The notes under the pieces: model-generated
What the model saw: only the letters and a program-made list of their open reading frames with translations
Database searches by the model: none
Told to the model about the DNA's origin: nothing
Assembly: GCA_902461025.1 (NCBI GenBank)
Contig: CABPWC010000001.1
Span: forward strand, 1,258-65,257
Reading direction: 5' to 3'
DNA: 64,000 nt
Source: an uncultured Streptococcus sp.
Lineage (GTDB): Bacteria; Bacillota; Bacilli; Lactobacillales; Streptococcaceae
In this document: piece after piece, positions 62,372-64,000 of the stretch
Position numbering within the stretch: the stretch's first letter is position 1
Layout of the letters: the number at the start of each line of letters is the position of its first letter
Position numbers and translations under genes: made by a program

Positions 62372-63499
62372 ATGTGGATGGAAGAATTACCAACCGGCAA
62401 ATATAAATTTTTTGAACGGTATAAGGATCCATATACTGAGAAATTAAAAAAAGTATCAGTCACAATGGAAAAGAAAACCCCTCAAGCTAAAAATCAAGCT
62501 GCATTACTTTTGCAAGAAAAGATAAAACAAAAGCTAAACACTAAACAAGTAGAGAGTATTACCTTTGAAGAGATTTATAAATTATTCTATAAATCCTGGT
62601 CACAAACAGTCAAAGAGTCGACGAAACACAATTGCAAGTCAATTGATAAGAAGATGAAGGAAGTCATACCATCTGACACTTTATTGGCCAATTTAGACAG
62701 ACGTTTTCTCCAGGAAGCTATCGAAAAAGTGATTGAAAGCAATGGACATATTGCTGCTAAAAAAGTCAGACACCGACTCAGAGGTATCTTCAAGTACGCT
62801 GTTCAATATTCTTATATCGAGAATAACGAAGTGGATTATACTACAATTCCTCAAAGACCAAAGACTTTGGAAGAGCTAGAAAAAAAGCGTAATAATTTCC
62901 TTACCATGGATGAAATAAAAACCTTAGTGAATGTTCTAAATGGTCGAGAATACCACCAGAAGTATGCAGATATGGTGCTTGTTCTATCTTTGACAGGCAT
63001 GCGATATGGAGAGTTAACTGCCTTGCAGTTGAAGAATATAGATTTTCAAAATAACAAAATTGAAATCACAGGTAATTTTGACTCAGTAAACAAAATCAAA
63101 ACACTTCCAAAGACTACAAATTCAATACGGACAATCAAAGCTTCTAAGATTGTTATGGAAGCAATTCAAAGACAAATAGCACGTCTTAGCGAACGTTTCC
63201 AGCCATTGTCAAGCGATGATTATATCTTTTGCTTTGAAAGATGGAATCAACCTACAACAATAGCTTGCTTTATACAGATATTAAAAAAATATGGCAAGGA
63301 AGCTGGAATAGACAAAAATCTAACCAGCCATATTTTCAGACACTCCCATATTTCATTTTTAGCAGAATCAGGGCTTCCCATTAAATCGATCATGGACCGA
63401 GTCGGGCACTCAAATGCTAAGATGACCTTAGAAATCTACTCTCATACAACTCAGGACATGGAAGATAAGCTGGTCGATAAATTAGATAGTATTTTTTAA
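62372..63499 (+). CDS. int: Prophage tyrosine integrase
   Basis: TGMRYGE, HIFRHSH, RVGH, EIYSH; adjacent to att. Confidence 0.95.
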   Translation: MWMEELPTGKYKFFERYKDPYTEKLKKVSVTMEKKTPQAKNQAALLLQEKIKQKLNTKQVESITFEEIYKLFYKSWSQTVKESTKHNCKSIDKKMKEVIPSDTLLANLDRRFLQEAIEKVIESNGHIAAKKVRHRLRGIFKYAVQYSYIENNEVDYTTIPQRPKTLEELEKKRNNFLTMDEIKTLVNVLNGREYHQKYADMVLVLSLTGMRYGELTALQLKNIDFQNNKIEITGNFDSVNKIKTLPKTTNSIRTIKASKIVMEAIQRQIARLSERFQPLSSDDYIFCFERWNQPTTIACFIQILKKYGKEAGIDKNLTSHIFRHSHISFLAESGLPIKSIMDRVGHSNAKMTLEIYSHTTQDMEDKLVDKLDSIF

Positions 63500-63502
63500 T
63501 TC

Positions 63503-63520
63503 TGCCCCTCGGTTGCCCCT
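63503..63520. repeat. Putative integrase arm-type sites
   Basis: TGCCCCT x2, 11-bp period. Confidence 0.65.
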
Positions 63521-63540
63521 TTTTAGTTTTACAACATAAC

Positions 63541-63580
63541 AAAACCCCTTGAAAGCATTGATAAATCAAGGGGTTGTTTT
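63541..63580. terminator. Phage-supplied bidirectional terminator between int and whiA
   Basis: AACCCCTTGA/TCAAGGGGTT stem flanked by A and T tracts. Confidence 0.7.
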
Positions 63581-63586
63581 ATATTA

Positions 63587-64000
63587 TTATAGTTCATCTG
63601 CAATTTTATTAATCTTTCTCAGTCGATGATTGACACCACTTTTTGTGAGTGGATTTGTCAAACTGTCTGCCAATTGCTGGATAGAGTAGTCCGGATGTTG
63701 GATACGCAAATGCGCTACTTCTTGCAAATCTACTGGTAGGCTATCTAGACCTACGGTATCAATGATTTTACTGATATTGTTGATGGTTCTCATGCTCGCA
63801 GAAACCGTACGAGCGATATTTGCTGTCTCAGCATTATTAGCACGATTGAGATCATTTCGAGTTTCTCGGAGAATCTTGACGCCTTCAAAAGTATCTCTCG
63901 CCTCCATGGCTCCCACTAAAATCAGGAAATCCATAATATCTTCCGCTCGCTGAAGATAGGTCACCGCACCTTTTTTTCGTTCAATCACCTTGGCATCCAA
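63587..64000 (-). CDS. whiA: DNA-binding protein WhiA, C-terminal part
   Basis: [21 protein letters not shown]. Confidence 0.93.
   Translation of the reverse strand: MDAKVIERKKGAVTYLQRAEDIMDFLILVGAMEARDTFEGVKILRETRNDLNRANNAETANIARTVSASMRTINNISKIIDTVGLDSLPVDLQEVAHLRIQHPDYSIQQLADSLTNPLTKSGVNHRLRKINKIADEL
63588..63601. repeat. att core, integrase-side copy
   Basis: TATAGTTCATCTGC within the last codons of whiA. Confidence 0.9.

Larger units (their letters stand above)
25555..63601. mobile_element. Apparently intact siphoviral prophage (~38 kb) integrated at the 3' end of whiA
   Basis: Integrase, cI/cro, replication, packaging, head, tail and lysis modules, bounded by a 14-bp direct repeat. 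Confidence 0.95.

Overview
Chromosomal window of a mitis-group Streptococcus (inferred from the pneumococcus-like housekeeping genes, a licD start and a choline-binding lysin). Bases 1-24.9 kb are core genome: psr, the aro operon, amy, dnaD, metA, apt, an ABC-F, cca, dapB, degV, glmM, cdaR, cdaA and an FNR/TrxB-like reductase. About 24.87-25.55 kb is a decayed scar of an older phage. Bases 25555-63601 are an apparently complete ~38 kb siphoviral prophage, probably cos-type, integrated at the 3' end of whiA (14-bp core TATAGTTCATCTGC at both ends). Two accessory hot-spots stand out. (1) An att-proximal operon with a strong promoter and palindromic operator. It encodes an unannotated 48-aa peptide with type I toxin-antitoxin hallmarks, a 41-aa membrane peptide, and a 242-aa protein with an AcrIIA13/14/15-like HTH fused to an unknown acidic domain and a PcrA-like Tudor domain; this is a candidate new anti-CRISPR/anti-defence locus. 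(2) Two tandem cassettes inside the early lytic operon, each opened by the same 40-bp promoter repeat. Each carries a reverse-oriented candidate defence gene (NDT/TIR-like enzyme; multi-TM protein) whose 3' end is overlapped by an unannotated antisense small ORF, a layout like the Tha/Ith self-immunity pairs. Family assignments come from motif recognition and memory; no searches were run.
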